A stretch of 56,809 bases of DNA from a virus (taxonomy: Duplodnaviria > Caudoviricetes): IMG/VR virus record IMGVR_UViG_3300046170_000220, positions 1 through 56,809 of that record; one strand, written 5' to 3'. Shown piece after piece: positions 27,929 through 38,113 of this stretch. Position 1 is the stretch's first letter; each line of letters begins with the position of its first letter. Under the pieces are notes generated by a model. The model did no database searches. It was not told the DNA's origin and saw only the letters and a list, made by a program, of their open reading frames with translations. The translations under genes and the position numbers were made by a program.

Positions 27929-28399
27929 ATGCCCAAGAAGAAAACACCTGATCATTTACGGCTAGTGGGTGCTGATAAAGATAAGCTAACAGCCAAGCAA
28001 GAAGGCTTTGCCCAAAAGGTAGCAAAAGGTGCAGTTCTCAGTGATGCATACAGGGAATGCTATTCGGCTGATACCATGAAAGATAGCACAGTCTGGACAG
28101 AGGCTTGCAAGCTTGCACAACACCCAAAGGTGTCCAAAAGGATTAAAGACCTACAGGATCAAATAGAGCAGGATCGCCGCACGATAGAGCGCAGGCGAGA
28201 AGAGTGGGTTTTGAAAAGGCTTCAAGAAGAGGCTGATCAGGCAGACAATGCATCATCACGCATTCGGGCATTGGAATTGGTGGGCAAGACCATCGGCATG
28301 TTTACTGATCGGATAGAACAGGCTGACGAGACACAACGCACTGCGTCTGAGATTGAAAAAGAACTCGAAGCGAAACTGGCGCGCCTGCTTGGCGGTTGA
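27929..28399 (+). CDS. terS: Terminase small subunit
   Basis: LTAKQEGFAQ...SDAYRECY HTH; RIRALELVGKTIGMF; upstream of terL. Confidence 0.8.
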   Translation: MPKKKTPDHLRLVGADKDKLTAKQEGFAQKVAKGAVLSDAYRECYSADTMKDSTVWTEACKLAQHPKVSKRIKDLQDQIEQDRRTIERRREEWVLKRLQEEADQADNASSRIRALELVGKTIGMFTDRIEQADETQRTASEIEKELEAKLARLLGG

Positions 28400-28511
28400 T
28401 CGATGCCCCGCCCATGACGCAATCCACGATGTCCTGACCCCCACCTACCCCCCACCCCCCTGTGCAGAGGTGGCGCTACGGACTGACTATATACTGGGTT
28501 TCACACAAACA

Positions 28512-28730
28512 ATGACCAAGAAAATTAAAAAACCAACCCCTTGTACCGGTATGTGTACCCTAGATGAAGATCTTGAGATATGCATGTCTTGCAGTAGGAC
28601 CATTCATGAGATAGCCGTTTGGGGCGATTTAACGGTCGCTGAGGCCACTCAAATGATGGAGGTGGTAAAAGCTAGGCAAAAATTGTTATGGGCGCTCTGG
28701 GACGATCCTGAGGGGTTTACGGTACATTAA
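28512..28730 (+). CDS. DUF1289-family Cys-rich protein
   Basis: PTPCTGMCTLD...CMSCSRTIHEIAVW. Confidence 0.75.
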   Translation: MTKKIKKPTPCTGMCTLDEDLEICMSCSRTIHEIAVWGDLTVAEATQMMEVVKARQKLLWALWDDPEGFTVH

Positions 28731-28852
28731 GTGTAAAACCACACATAGCAGCGATGTGCCGAATAATTTCACTATTACGCAACACAAATGGTAGTGCTGC
28801 CACTGCTAGTAGTGTTAACACTAGCCAGATCATCCATACTGAGTAATCAGTA

Positions 28853-29029
28853 TTACGCATTTGATTTCAGGTACTCCTCGATAGAAACGCTTCTCCCTTT
28901 GTTGGCTGCCCCGAACTTTTGTTTAGTGCCGAAGGATCTTGTATAGACGGTCTCCTCTTTCCTCTTTCGACCTTCCTTTGTTTCCCTGTCGGGATTTGTT
29001 CTCTGTCTATTCCTGTACTTTGTTTGCAT
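28853..29029 (-). CDS. Small basic hypothetical protein
   Basis: MQTKYRNR...FGAANKGRSVSIEEY; G-rich RBS. Confidence 0.4.
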   Translation of the reverse strand: MQTKYRNRQRTNPDRETKEGRKRKEETVYTRSFGTKQKFGAANKGRSVSIEEYLKSNA

Positions 29030-29161
29030 ACCCCCCCCCTTGTTTTTTCTGTGTCGGATAAAGTTCAATTGCACTTTTCTGGAAATCTTAGAAAATGCCG
29101 TAGGATTCCTAGCCCCATCAAAAAATTTAAAAAAATTATCGTATACAGTCTATATTAGTTA

Positions 29162-29215
29162 TATATAACTAGTAGTCTATACTAGTATGTTATAACTAGT
29201 ATTATATAACTAGTA
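29162..29215. repeat. AT-rich ACTAGT array 2
   Basis: ACTAGT at 29168, 29181, 29195, 29209 (13-14 bp spacing). Confidence 0.8.
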
Positions 29216-29346
29216 GGGTGGCCGATCAACTAAAAATCGTATATAGTTGACTTGTCCGCTAGTCTCCCAGCGGACGGGTGGGGTTGAGCGGTTTCCTCCC
29301 TGCGCTCCCCCACCCTCATTTCTTTGGGAGTTTGAAGGGAGAAGCT

Positions 29347-29589
29347 ATGTCTGGCAACATCATTAAGTTTCCTAACAAGGAAACCTTGGACAATGATTTT
29401 GAAATCGATCCTAGTGAAATGCTAGAAGCTATTAGACAGGATGTTCCTATGAAGGAAGCCTTGGTTGTGGGTTGGACCGAAGAAGAGAAGTTGTTTATCG
29501 GCACCTCTCATGGGAAAGCGGCCGATATGGTGTTCCTTATGGAGTTGGCAAAGTCCGTTTTAATGAGTAGGTGTGTTGGTGAAGAGTGA
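29347..29589 (+). CDS. Hypothetical protein
   Basis: MSGNIIKFP start after GGGAG. Confidence 0.65.
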   Translation: MSGNIIKFPNKETLDNDFEIDPSEMLEAIRQDVPMKEALVVGWTEEEKLFIGTSHGKAADMVFLMELAKSVLMSRCVGEE

Positions 29590-29825
29590 TGTTTTTAGCC
29601 TCGCTATATGTTTGCGTAGCAATGAATATGCAGGAATGCCTTGTTCTTGAGGATATGCGCGGTCCATATGAAACAATCGAGCTTTGTCAGGACAGGGTGC
29701 ATGAGATGGCGGCAGTCGCTCTCTCTGTCGGGCATATCCCAATAAGATTTAGATGTTCTGTCGCAGAGGAAAAAGATGATCCATCTAAAGGACGTAAAAA
29801 ACAAGCTGTCAACTTTATCTCCTGA
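29586..29825 (+). CDS. Small Cys-containing hypothetical protein
   Basis: Hydrophobic N-terminus, GPYET...C; coupled. Confidence 0.5.
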   Translation: MMFLASLYVCVAMNMQECLVLEDMRGPYETIELCQDRVHEMAAVALSVGHIPIRFRCSVAEEKDDPSKGRKKQAVNFIS

Positions 29826-31284
29826 GAAGCAGGCGGAGATACTTGAGCTTCTTGAGCTGTATGAAAACGCAAAGGACAAGGAGGATTGTAGAGAATCATT
29901 CCTGTCTTTCGTGAAAAGGGTATGGCCTGCTTTCATTGCCGGGAGGCACCATGAAATCATGGCCAATGCCTTTGAGCGCGTAGCACGGGGAGAGCTAAAG
30001 CGATTAATTGTTAACATGCCGCCCCGTCACACCAAGTCAGAGTTTGCTTCTTATCTTTTCCCGGCATGGTTTCTTGGGCAATACCCAGAAAAAAAGATCA
30101 TCCAGACAGCCCACACAGCAGAACTTGCTGTAGGATTTGGACGTAAGGTTAGAAACCTGATCAATCAGGAAGACTTCCAAGAGATCTTTCCCGGCATATC
30201 CCTGTCTTCTGACTCGAAAGCAGCGGGAAGATGGAACACAAACAAGCGAGGTGACTATTTTGCTATTGGTGTTGGTGGTGCAGTTACTGGTAAGGGCGCT
30301 GATGTCCTCATTATCGATGACCCGCACTCGGAGCAGGAGGCGGCACTGGGGGCTTACAACCCAGAAGTCTACGACAAAGTATACGAATGGTACACATCAG
30401 GCCCAAGACAGCGTTTGCAACCGGGTGGAGCGATCATAATTGTCATGACTCGATGGTCCGTCAGAGATTTGACGGGGCAAATCGTGAAGTCATACACCCA
30501 AAGAGAGGGTGCGGATGAGTGGGAAGTCATAGAACTCCCTGCAATCATGCCATCCGGTGATCCATTGTGGCCTGAGTTCTGGCCAATAGACCAATTAGAG
30601 GCGCTAAAAGCAGAACTTCCCATTTCAAAATGGTCTGCTCAGTACCAACAGGACCCAACATCAGAGGAAGGCGCACTAATCAAGCGCGAATGGTGGCAGG
30701 AATGGGACAAAAGTTCCTTCCCGCCTTGTGAAGCTATCATTCAAAGCTGGGATACGGCGTTTTTGAAGACGCAACGTGCTGATTACAGTGCATGCACAAC
30801 ATGGGGTGTGTTTAACTGGCCAGATGAAAGCGGTGTATCCCACCCAAACCTGATATTGCTGGACGCATACAAAGAAAAGCTGGAGTTTCCAGAGCTAAAA
30901 CGTGCAGCCTATGACAAATACTGGGAATGGGAGCCGGATCAGATGATTGTCGAGGCAAAAGCTGCCGGGTCTCCGCTGATATTTGAGCTTAGAGCTATGG
31001 GAATCCCGGTAACAGAGTTCACCCCATCGCGTGGGCAAGATAAAATAGCTCGCGTTAATGCAGTGACAGACCTGTTTGCTAGTGGTAGAATATGGTGTCC
31101 GCCTACAAGGTGGGCAGAAGAGGTAGTTGAGGAGTGCGCTGCTTTCCCTGCTGGAGAGCATGACGATTTGGTTGACTCTACAACTCAAGCCCTTTTAAGA
31201 TTCAGGCAGGGTGGCTGGATCAGATCTTCAATGGACGACTGGGATGACGAACCTAAATACAGAAGACCAACAGAATACTATTAA
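29776..31284 (+). CDS. terL: Terminase large subunit
   Basis: NMPPRHTKS, IIDDPH, IVMTRW, QSWDTA, HDDLVDS. Confidence 0.95.
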   Translation: MIHLKDVKNKLSTLSPEKQAEILELLELYENAKDKEDCRESFLSFVKRVWPAFIAGRHHEIMANAFERVARGELKRLIVNMPPRHTKSEFASYLFPAWFLGQYPEKKIIQTAHTAELAVGFGRKVRNLINQEDFQEIFPGISLSSDSKAAGRWNTNKRGDYFAIGVGGAVTGKGADVLIIDDPHSEQEAALGAYNPEVYDKVYEWYTSGPRQRLQPGGAIIIVMTRWSVRDLTGQIVKSYTQREGADEWEVIELPAIMPSGDPLWPEFWPIDQLEALKAELPISKWSAQYQQDPTSEEGALIKREWWQEWDKSSFPPCEAIIQSWDTAFLKTQRADYSACTTWGVFNWPDESGVSHPNLILLDAYKEKLEFPELKRAAYDKYWEWEPDQMIVEAKAAGSPLIFELRAMGIPVTEFTPSRGQDKIARVNAVTDLFASGRIWCPPTRWAEEVVEECAAFPAGEHDDLVDSTTQALLRFRQGGWIRSSMDDWDDEPKYRRPTEYY

Positions 31285-31439
31285 AAGTAATAATAGCGGC
31301 ACATATCGCTTTGTGCCTCATAGTGAAATAAAAATTTTTGAAGATACAGGCTGGAAAGTGGTCAGTCGAATGGAAGGCTCCCACCACGCCCAGTATTCTG
31401 TTATCATGAAAAAGCAATGCAACCCACAGGATTAATTAA

Positions 31440-33890
31440 ATGGCTGTAGAAAAGCAAATGACCCCAATGGAAATTGAGGGTATTGAAGAAGAGCAATCCG
31501 ATATCGATATTGAGATTGTAAACCCAGATGCTGTTTCAATTGAAACAGAAGAAGGGGGGATGGTTATTGATTTCACCGGGGAGGCAGCAGAAGATATATT
31601 GGGGCCGGAACATGATGGGAATATTGCTGAGTTTTTGGAAGACGCCGAACTACAATCCTTGGCGTCCGAGTTGGTTTCAGATTTTAATTCGGACCGTCAG
31701 AGCCGGAAAGACTGGGCGAGATCATATGTCAAAGGACTAGACCTTCTTGGTATGAAGATCGAAGAACGTCAGCAGCCTTGGGCTGGCGCATGCGGTGTGT
31801 TCCACCCAGTTCTCACAGAATCAGTTGTCCGCTTTCAGGCACAGGCTATGGGAGAGATATTCCCAGCCTCTGGACCAGCTCGCACTAAAATCATGGGCAA
31901 GATGACCCCTGAAAAGTTTGAGCAGTCACAGCGCGTTGAGAATGAGATGAATTATCTCCTGACTGAGGAGATGACGGAATACCGTGATGAGACAGAGCAG
32001 ATGCTGTTTAAGCTGCCGCTTGCAGGTTCAGCCTTTAAAAAGGTTTACTATGATCCATTGATGGAGCGCCCATGTGCAATGTTCGTTCCAGCAGAAGACT
32101 TTGTTGTTTCATATGGTGCTTCCGATCTTATGACATGCCCTCGCTACACGCATGTCATGAAGAAAACGCCTAATGAAATCGTTGAGCTAATGGTTAATGG
32201 TTTCTATCGTGACATTGACCTTCCAGATCCTGAGCCTGACTACTCTGATATTCAGGAAAAATATGACGAGCTTGATGGTGACGAGGCGATCATTGAGGAC
32301 GATGATCGTTACACCCTTCTGGAGATGCATGTAGATGTTGACCTTCCAGAGCCGTTTGATGACCCAGACGGAATCGCTCGCCCATATGTTATCACCATCG
32401 ATAAGTCATCAAGAGAAATTCTCGCCATCAGGAGGAACTGGTATGAGGACGATCAAAAGAAAAAGAAACGCCAGCACTTTGTTCACTACCGCTATCTACC
32501 GGGTCTTGGCTTTTATGGGACGGGCCTTATCCACCTTATCGGTGGGTTGGCTAAATCCGCAACATCAATCCTGCGCCAGTTGGTGGATGCGGGTACGCTG
32601 TCTAACCTACCCGCTGGTCTTAAAGCTCGGGGTCTTCGCATCAAGGGTGATGATTCGCCTCTCATGCCGGGTGAGTTCCGTGACGTTGACGTACCGGGTG
32701 GTGCAATACGCGACAGCATTACTTTCATTCCTTACAAAGAACCGTCCTCAGTCTTGTACCAACTGCTCGGCAACATTGTCGAAGAGGGCCGGAGAATAGG
32801 TTCTGTTGCTGATATCCAAATCGGGGACATGAATAACCAAGCGCCAGTAGGTACAACACTTGCCTTACTTGAGCGTAGCATGAAAGTAATGTCTGGTGTT
32901 CAGGCTAGACTGCATGCGGCTATGAAGAATGAGCTGCGTATTCTAGCGAAGATCATTCATGACTACATGCCTGAAGAATATGCTTATGAGATGGATGGAG
33001 ACTTTGACCGTAAAGAAGATTTTGATGGTCGTATTGATGTCATCCCCGTTTCAGATCCTAATGCTTCAACCATGTCTCAGCGCGTTATGCAGTATCAGGC
33101 GGCGCTTCAGTTAGCGCAGCAGGCACCGCAGCTTTATGACATGGGCAAGCTCCATCGCCAAATGCTAGAGGTTCTTGGCATTCAGGATGCGGCGGATATT
33201 GTTAAGCTTCCAGATGAAATCAAGCCAGCAGATCCTGTAACAGAAAACATGTCGATCCTAAAACAAGAGCCAATCAAAGCGTTCATGTATCAGGATCATG
33301 CGGCCCACATTGGCGTTCATATGTCAGCAATGCAAGATCCAAAGATGCAGGAACTTGTTGGTCAGTCACCTTTCGCCAGTGCAATTCAGAGCGCCTTCGC
33401 CTCTCATATTACTGAGCATGTGGCCATGCAGTACCGTGTTGAAATCCAGAAGATGCTTGGTGTGGAGCTTCCAGATCCAGAAGCGCCATTGCCAGAAGAC
33501 ATTGAGCTTCAGGTAAGCCGTATGGCAGCAGAAGCAGCGGCCAAGCTTCTCCAGAAGGATCAGGCAGAAGTGCAGCAAAAGAAGGCTCAAGAGCAGCAGC
33601 AAGATCCTCTAACTCAAATCCAGCAACGTGAACTTGCTATCAAAGAACAAGAGCTACAGCACAAGATCCAAATGGATATGGCCAAGCTTCAGATTGATGG
33701 TCAGGTTAAAATGGAAAACATTGAGATTCAAAAAGATCGTCTTGAGTCTGAAGAGAAGCGAGATGGTGCAAGACTTGGCGTTAAGATCGCTCAAGAGCTT
33801 GACAAAAACAAAGAGAAGGCAATATCAGAAGGAACTAAAATTGGACTTCAAATGGCAAGGGAGCTGACAAATGGCGGAGACAATTTATAA
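31440..33890 (+). CDS. Portal protein
   Basis: 816 aa directly after terL; GSAFKKVYYD, GFYGTGLIHLIGG, coiled-coil C-terminus. Confidence 0.88.
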   Translation: MAVEKQMTPMEIEGIEEEQSDIDIEIVNPDAVSIETEEGGMVIDFTGEAAEDILGPEHDGNIAEFLEDAELQSLASELVSDFNSDRQSRKDWARSYVKGLDLLGMKIEERQQPWAGACGVFHPVLTESVVRFQAQAMGEIFPASGPARTKIMGKMTPEKFEQSQRVENEMNYLLTEEMTEYRDETEQMLFKLPLAGSAFKKVYYDPLMERPCAMFVPAEDFVVSYGASDLMTCPRYTHVMKKTPNEIVELMVNGFYRDIDLPDPEPDYSDIQEKYDELDGDEAIIEDDDRYTLLEMHVDVDLPEPFDDPDGIARPYVITIDKSSREILAIRRNWYEDDQKKKKRQHFVHYRYLPGLGFYGTGLIHLIGGLAKSATSILRQLVDAGTLSNLPAGLKARGLRIKGDDSPLMPGEFRDVDVPGGAIRDSITFIPYKEPSSVLYQLLGNIVEEGRRIGSVADIQIGDMNNQAPVGTTLALLERSMKVMSGVQARLHAAMKNELRILAKIIHDYMPEEYAYEMDGDFDRKEDFDGRIDVIPVSDPNASTMSQRVMQYQAALQLAQQAPQLYDMGKLHRQMLEVLGIQDAADIVKLPDEIKPADPVTENMSILKQEPIKAFMYQDHAAHIGVHMSAMQDPKMQELVGQSPFASAIQSAFASHITEHVAMQYRVEIQKMLGVELPDPEAPLPEDIELQVSRMAAEAAAKLLQKDQAEVQQKKAQEQQQDPLTQIQQRELAIKEQELQHKIQMDMAKLQIDGQVKMENIEIQKDRLESEEKRDGARLGVKIAQELDKNKEKAISEGTKIGLQMARELTNGGDNL

Positions 33891-34059
33891 ACCCCTGAAG
33901 GATAAACTCAGGGACTACATGAATAGCGCGGCAGATCATCTAGCATGTGGTGGCGCAACAAACTTTGATGAGTATCAAAGAATGGTGGGTAAGATAGAAG
34001 CTTTGGCCCTAGTGGAAAGAGACATCTTGGACATCGAAAAGCATTATGAGGAAGAATAG
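33871..34059 (+). CDS. Small head-module protein
   Basis: FDEYQRMVGKIEAL; lies between portal and GroES. Confidence 0.65.
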   Translation: MAETIYKPLKDKLRDYMNSAADHLACGGATNFDEYQRMVGKIEALALVERDILDIEKHYEEE

Positions 34060-34169
34060 CCCCCAAGGACTTCCGGGAGCGTCAACCCTAGTGTATATTG
34101 TAAACGTGGAGACTTACGGGTAGGACCCGCTAGGTAACTGTGAGCCTATAATCACTGCAAGGAAATCAG

Positions 34170-34538
34170 ATGTATTCTGCAAACAAAGAAGTCGGCCAAG
34201 AGGTCGCATCCAAAATACCAGAACCTTCTGGCTACAAACTCTTAATTAAACCATTGGAAGTTAAGGAAAAAACTGATTCAGGAATCTATATGCCTGACGC
34301 TCTAAAGAATGCAGAGCAAACAGCATCCCTGATTGGTTTTGTTGTAAAAGCTGGGCCTGACGCTTACGGCGATCAGGACAAGTTTCCCAACGGTCCTTAC
34401 TGCAAAGAGGGCGATTTTGTTATTTTTAGATCTTATTCCGGCACACGGTTCAAGGTTGAAAAGCAAGAATTTCGCTTGATTAACGATGACACCGTTGAAG
34501 CGGTTGTCTCTGATCCGAGAGGTTATGCAAGAGCATGA
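34170..34538 (+). CDS. groES: GroES-like co-chaperonin
   Basis: PSGYKLLIKP..VKEKTDSGIYMP...GDFVIFRSYSGT...RLINDD. Confidence 0.88.
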   Translation: MYSANKEVGQEVASKIPEPSGYKLLIKPLEVKEKTDSGIYMPDALKNAEQTASLIGFVVKAGPDAYGDQDKFPNGPYCKEGDFVIFRSYSGTRFKVEKQEFRLINDDTVEAVVSDPRGYARA

Positions 34539-35461
34539 ATGAGCCAGAAGAAAAAATGGAAATAGATTTAGATACTTCAGAAGATCTTGAACTGGAGATT
34601 GTAGACGACACTCCAGAAGAGGATAAGGGAAAGGCGCGGAGACCAAAGGACGCCGACCCACAAATCCCTGAAGACGATGAGGTAGCAAACTACAGCGAAA
34701 ACGTACAGAAGCGCTTCAAGCAAATGAAGTGGGAGTACCATGAAGAGCGCCGCGCAAAGGAAGAGGCGGCTCGTCTTCGGGAAGAAGCTGTAAAATATGC
34801 CCAAAGCGTTTACGCAGAAAATCAAAAGCTACGGCAAACATTGTCTCAAGGAGAGGATGTGTTGCAAGACCAAGCCAAGCGCAGGGTCGATGCTGAGATA
34901 GAGCGGGCAAGATTTAATTATAAAACTGCTTATGAGTCAGGTGATCCAGATGAGATCGTAAAGGCTCAGGAATTATTAACTCAAGCTCAAGCTGAAAAAA
35001 TGAAGCTTGAAAGTTATGTTCCAATGCATCATTACGATCCGCAAAAGGAACAGGCCGCCTACATTCCGCCGCAGCAGCCGCAGCAACCAAAGGTTAAAAA
35101 ACCTGATGCAGCAGCACTGGATTGGCAAAATGAAAACCAGTGGTTTGGCAGTGATGATGAAATGACAGGTTACGCCTTGGGCTTGCATGAAAGCCTAGTT
35201 AAGAATGGCGTTAACCCTAACAGCCCAGATTATTATGACCGCATTGACGAATCAGTTCGCAAGCGGTTCCCAGACAAGTTTGACGGACAAGACATTGAGG
35301 TGGCACGGTCTCGTCAAACTGGTTCCGTGGTTGCCCCCGCAAAACGGAGTGCAAAAAAACCACGCAGAGTGCAGCTTACCTCAACGCAGGTCGCCCTCGC
35401 CAAGCGGCTTGGCCTGAGTCCAGAACAATATGCGGCGCAACTCTTGAAGGAGGCATCTTAA
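34535..35461 (+). CDS. Putative capsid scaffolding protein
   Basis: Acidic N-terminus, coiled coil, C-terminal QVALAKRLGLSPEQYA; upstream of the capsid gene. Confidence 0.7.
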   Translation: MNEPEEKMEIDLDTSEDLELEIVDDTPEEDKGKARRPKDADPQIPEDDEVANYSENVQKRFKQMKWEYHEERRAKEEAARLREEAVKYAQSVYAENQKLRQTLSQGEDVLQDQAKRRVDAEIERARFNYKTAYESGDPDEIVKAQELLTQAQAEKMKLESYVPMHHYDPQKEQAAYIPPQQPQQPKVKKPDAAALDWQNENQWFGSDDEMTGYALGLHESLVKNGVNPNSPDYYDRIDESVRKRFPDKFDGQDIEVARSRQTGSVVAPAKRSAKKPRRVQLTSTQVALAKRLGLSPEQYAAQLLKEAS

Positions 35462-35895
35462 TGTCTGATAGAACCCCACGCACAAATGACTCCCGTGAAA
35501 AAACGGAGCGTAAAAAATCTTGGCAAAGACCAACAATGTTGCCTGATCCCGAACCACGCGATGGTGTAAGTTACCGCTGGGTTCGCACATCTACTTTGGG
35601 TCAGAGCGATAACACCAATGTTTCGTCTAAATTTCGTGAGGGTTGGACGCCAGTCAAGGCAGATGACCATCCAGAATTACAAGTGTTGCCTGATATCGAT
35701 TCCCGATTTGAAGGTAATGTTGAGGTTGGAGGATTGCTACTTTGCGAGAACTCAACCGAATATGTCGAAAGTCGTAGAGACGCCCATAATGAGATGAACA
35801 AAACTCAAATGGACTCTGTTGATAACAACTATCTACGTCAATCCGATCCCCGGATGCCAGTTCTAAAACCAGAACGAAGCACCAAAATATCGTAG
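35461..35895 (+). CDS. Head-module protein
   Basis: YRWVR...REGWTPV...VGGLLLC; coupled. Confidence 0.65.
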   Translation: MSDRTPRTNDSREKTERKKSWQRPTMLPDPEPRDGVSYRWVRTSTLGQSDNTNVSSKFREGWTPVKADDHPELQVLPDIDSRFEGNVEVGGLLLCENSTEYVESRRDAHNEMNKTQMDSVDNNYLRQSDPRMPVLKPERSTKIS

Positions 35896-35952
35896 TATGC
35901 ACCATTTGGCGCATACTGAAATAAAATCGAGTAGAATAGAAGGAGAGACAAA

Positions 35953-36555
35953 ATGTCTTCAGTAGCTGCTCCCTTCGGTCTGCGCCCGATTGGTCGTTTG
36001 GATAATGGTTCACAGGAAGTTTTCCGCCAGTATCCTATCGCTTCTGCCTACAACACAAATATTGCCATGGGTGATATTGTTCAGCTTGTAGACGGTGGCA
36101 CTGCAACGACCATCGAAAAGCAGTCCGCAACTGGTGACGACACCACAGCCATCGATATGGTTGGTGTTTTCATGGGTTGTAAATACACAGACCCAAATAC
36201 TGGGCAACTTACATTTAGCCAGCTTTGGCCTGCAAACCTTGTTGCGTCAGATGCAATGGCATATGTAGTTGATGACCCTAGCGTTCTTTTCGCCATTCAG
36301 GCAGATGGCGCACCAACCAACATTGGTGACATCTATGGAAAGAACTCAGTTCTCATTCAAACTGCGCCAAATACATCGCTGAAAATCAGCCGTGTGGCTT
36401 TGGACATCTCTGAGATCGGTACAGATCCTGAGAACCCAATCCGCATCATTGATTATCTCGGTGGCGATCAGGGCGATGAGAAGGGTACATCTTTCCCGAT
36501 TCTGGTGTGTAAGTTTAATTACCATCAGCACACATCAACAACTGGTTCAGCATAA
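35953..36555 (+). CDS. Putative capsid decoration/cement protein
   Basis: AAPFGLRP...GVFMGCKYTDP; immediately upstream of the MCP. Confidence 0.6.
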   Translation: MSSVAAPFGLRPIGRLDNGSQEVFRQYPIASAYNTNIAMGDIVQLVDGGTATTIEKQSATGDDTTAIDMVGVFMGCKYTDPNTGQLTFSQLWPANLVASDAMAYVVDDPSVLFAIQADGAPTNIGDIYGKNSVLIQTAPNTSLKISRVALDISEIGTDPENPIRIIDYLGGDQGDEKGTSFPILVCKFNYHQHTSTTGSA

Positions 36556-36567
36556 GGAGTGTAACTG

Positions 36568-37473
36568 ATGGCTATTTCACGCGCACAACTTCTGAAGGAA
36601 CTGTTGCCCGGTCTTAATGCGTTGTTCGGTCTTGAGTACCAAAAGTACGAAAACGAGCATGCAGAAATTTACGAAACTGAAACTTCAGAGCGTAGCTTTG
36701 AAGAGGAAGTGAAACTGTCAGGTTTTGGCGCTGCGCCAGTCAAGCCTGAAGGTTCAGCGATTTCTTACGACAATGCACAGGAATCCTTCACTGCTCGTTA
36801 CAACCACGAAACGGTTGCAATGGGTTTCTCAGTGACAGAAGAAGCCATGGAGGACAACCTCTATGACGCTCTATCTGCTCGCTACACAAAAGCTCTGGCT
36901 CGCGCCATGGCATACACCAAGCAGGTTAAAGCTGCGTCTTTGTTGAACACAGGTTTTACAACCTTCACCTCTGGTGATGGTGTTACTCTGTTTAACACAG
37001 CGCACCCAACTGTTGCTGGCGGTAACAACTCAAACCGCCCCGCAGTAGCAGTTGACCTGAACGAGACTTCATTGGAAGATGCGGTCATCAACATTGCAGC
37101 GTTCACTGACGAGCGTGGCCTGTTGATTGCAGCTCGCCCACGCAAGCTGATCGTTCCACCTGCATTGATGTTCGTTGCAACTCGCCTGTTACAGACAGAG
37201 CTGCGTGTCGGCACAGCCGATAACGATCTCAACGCCCTGCGTTCAAACGGTTCGATTCCAGAAGGCTATCGTGTCAATCACTACCTGACTGACAATGATG
37301 CGTTCTTCCTGACAACCGATGTTCCAAACGGCATGAAGCACTTTGTCCGTACTCCAATGTCAACATCTATGGATGGCGACTTCGATACAGGCAACGTCCG
37401 CTACAAAGCCCGTGAGCGTTACAGCTTCGGCGTTTCAGATCCTCTTGGGGTCTACGGTTCTCCGGGCGCTTAA
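36568..37473 (+). CDS. Major capsid protein
   Basis: MAISRAQLLKELLPGLNALFGLEY...KARERYSFG; strong RBS; terminator downstream. Confidence 0.9.
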   Translation: MAISRAQLLKELLPGLNALFGLEYQKYENEHAEIYETETSERSFEEEVKLSGFGAAPVKPEGSAISYDNAQESFTARYNHETVAMGFSVTEEAMEDNLYDALSARYTKALARAMAYTKQVKAASLLNTGFTTFTSGDGVTLFNTAHPTVAGGNNSNRPAVAVDLNETSLEDAVINIAAFTDERGLLIAARPRKLIVPPALMFVATRLLQTELRVGTADNDLNALRSNGSIPEGYRVNHYLTDNDAFFLTTDVPNGMKHFVRTPMSTSMDGDFDTGNVRYKARERYSFGVSDPLGVYGSPGA

Positions 37474-37498
37474 TTGCTTTGAGACAGAACTTTTGACT

Positions 37499-37525
37499 GG
37501 GCGGCTTTCGGGCCGCCCTTTCTTT
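37499..37525 (+). terminator. Rho-independent terminator after the MCP
   Basis: GGGCGGC-tttcgg-GCCGCCC-TTTCTTT. Confidence 0.85.
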
Positions 37526-37600
37526 GTGTATAATGAATATGAACCTTGACAGTAAAGTTCACTTGAACTTTCTGACATTAGCCAAGACAAGGAGTTCCTA

Positions 37601-37810
37601 ATGGCTTTATCTACTTTTTCAGGACCAGTCCGTTCAAACGCTGGATTCCAAATTCCCGTTGTAACCACTGCAAACCTCCCAGCTTTTGGCGATGTTGCTG
37701 TTGGTACTGTCTACATGGTCAGCGACAACGGCGCTGGCGACAACGAGTATTGCATTGTGATCAACACAGGCGCTGCATGGGTAACTGCCGTTGGTGCTGC
37801 TCTTACATAA
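37601..37810 (+). CDS. Small virion protein
   Basis: MALSTFSGPVRS N-terminus; AGGAG RBS. Confidence 0.65.
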   Translation: MALSTFSGPVRSNAGFQIPVVTTANLPAFGDVAVGTVYMVSDNGAGDNEYCIVINTGAAWVTAVGAALT

Positions 37811-37822
37811 TAGGAGTACACA

Positions 37823-38101
37823 ATGTCCCAATCTGATGTATTTGCGGTAACTAAAGCAGCAGACGCTACAGTGTTTGCTAGCCGCGCCCGTGTGCGTCAG
37901 ATTCAAGTAAAGACAGCTACATCAGGATCCCCACAAATTGTTTTGAAAGATGGCGGCGCAAGCGGTACAGCACTGCTTGACCTTTCATTTGGCACAACCG
38001 ATACGTTCTCGGTTAACATTCCTGATAATGGGATTCTGTTTGGTACAGATGTTTACTTGGATTTGACAGACTGTTTAAGCGTGACAGTATTCCTGTCATA
38101 A
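37823..38101 (+). CDS. Small beta-rich virion protein
   Basis: AGGAG RBS; IPDNGILF. Confidence 0.65.
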   Translation: MSQSDVFAVTKAADATVFASRARVRQIQVKTATSGSPQIVLKDGGASGTALLDLSFGTTDTFSVNIPDNGILFGTDVYLDLTDCLSVTVFLS

Positions 38102-38113
38102 AGGAGTTATTGA

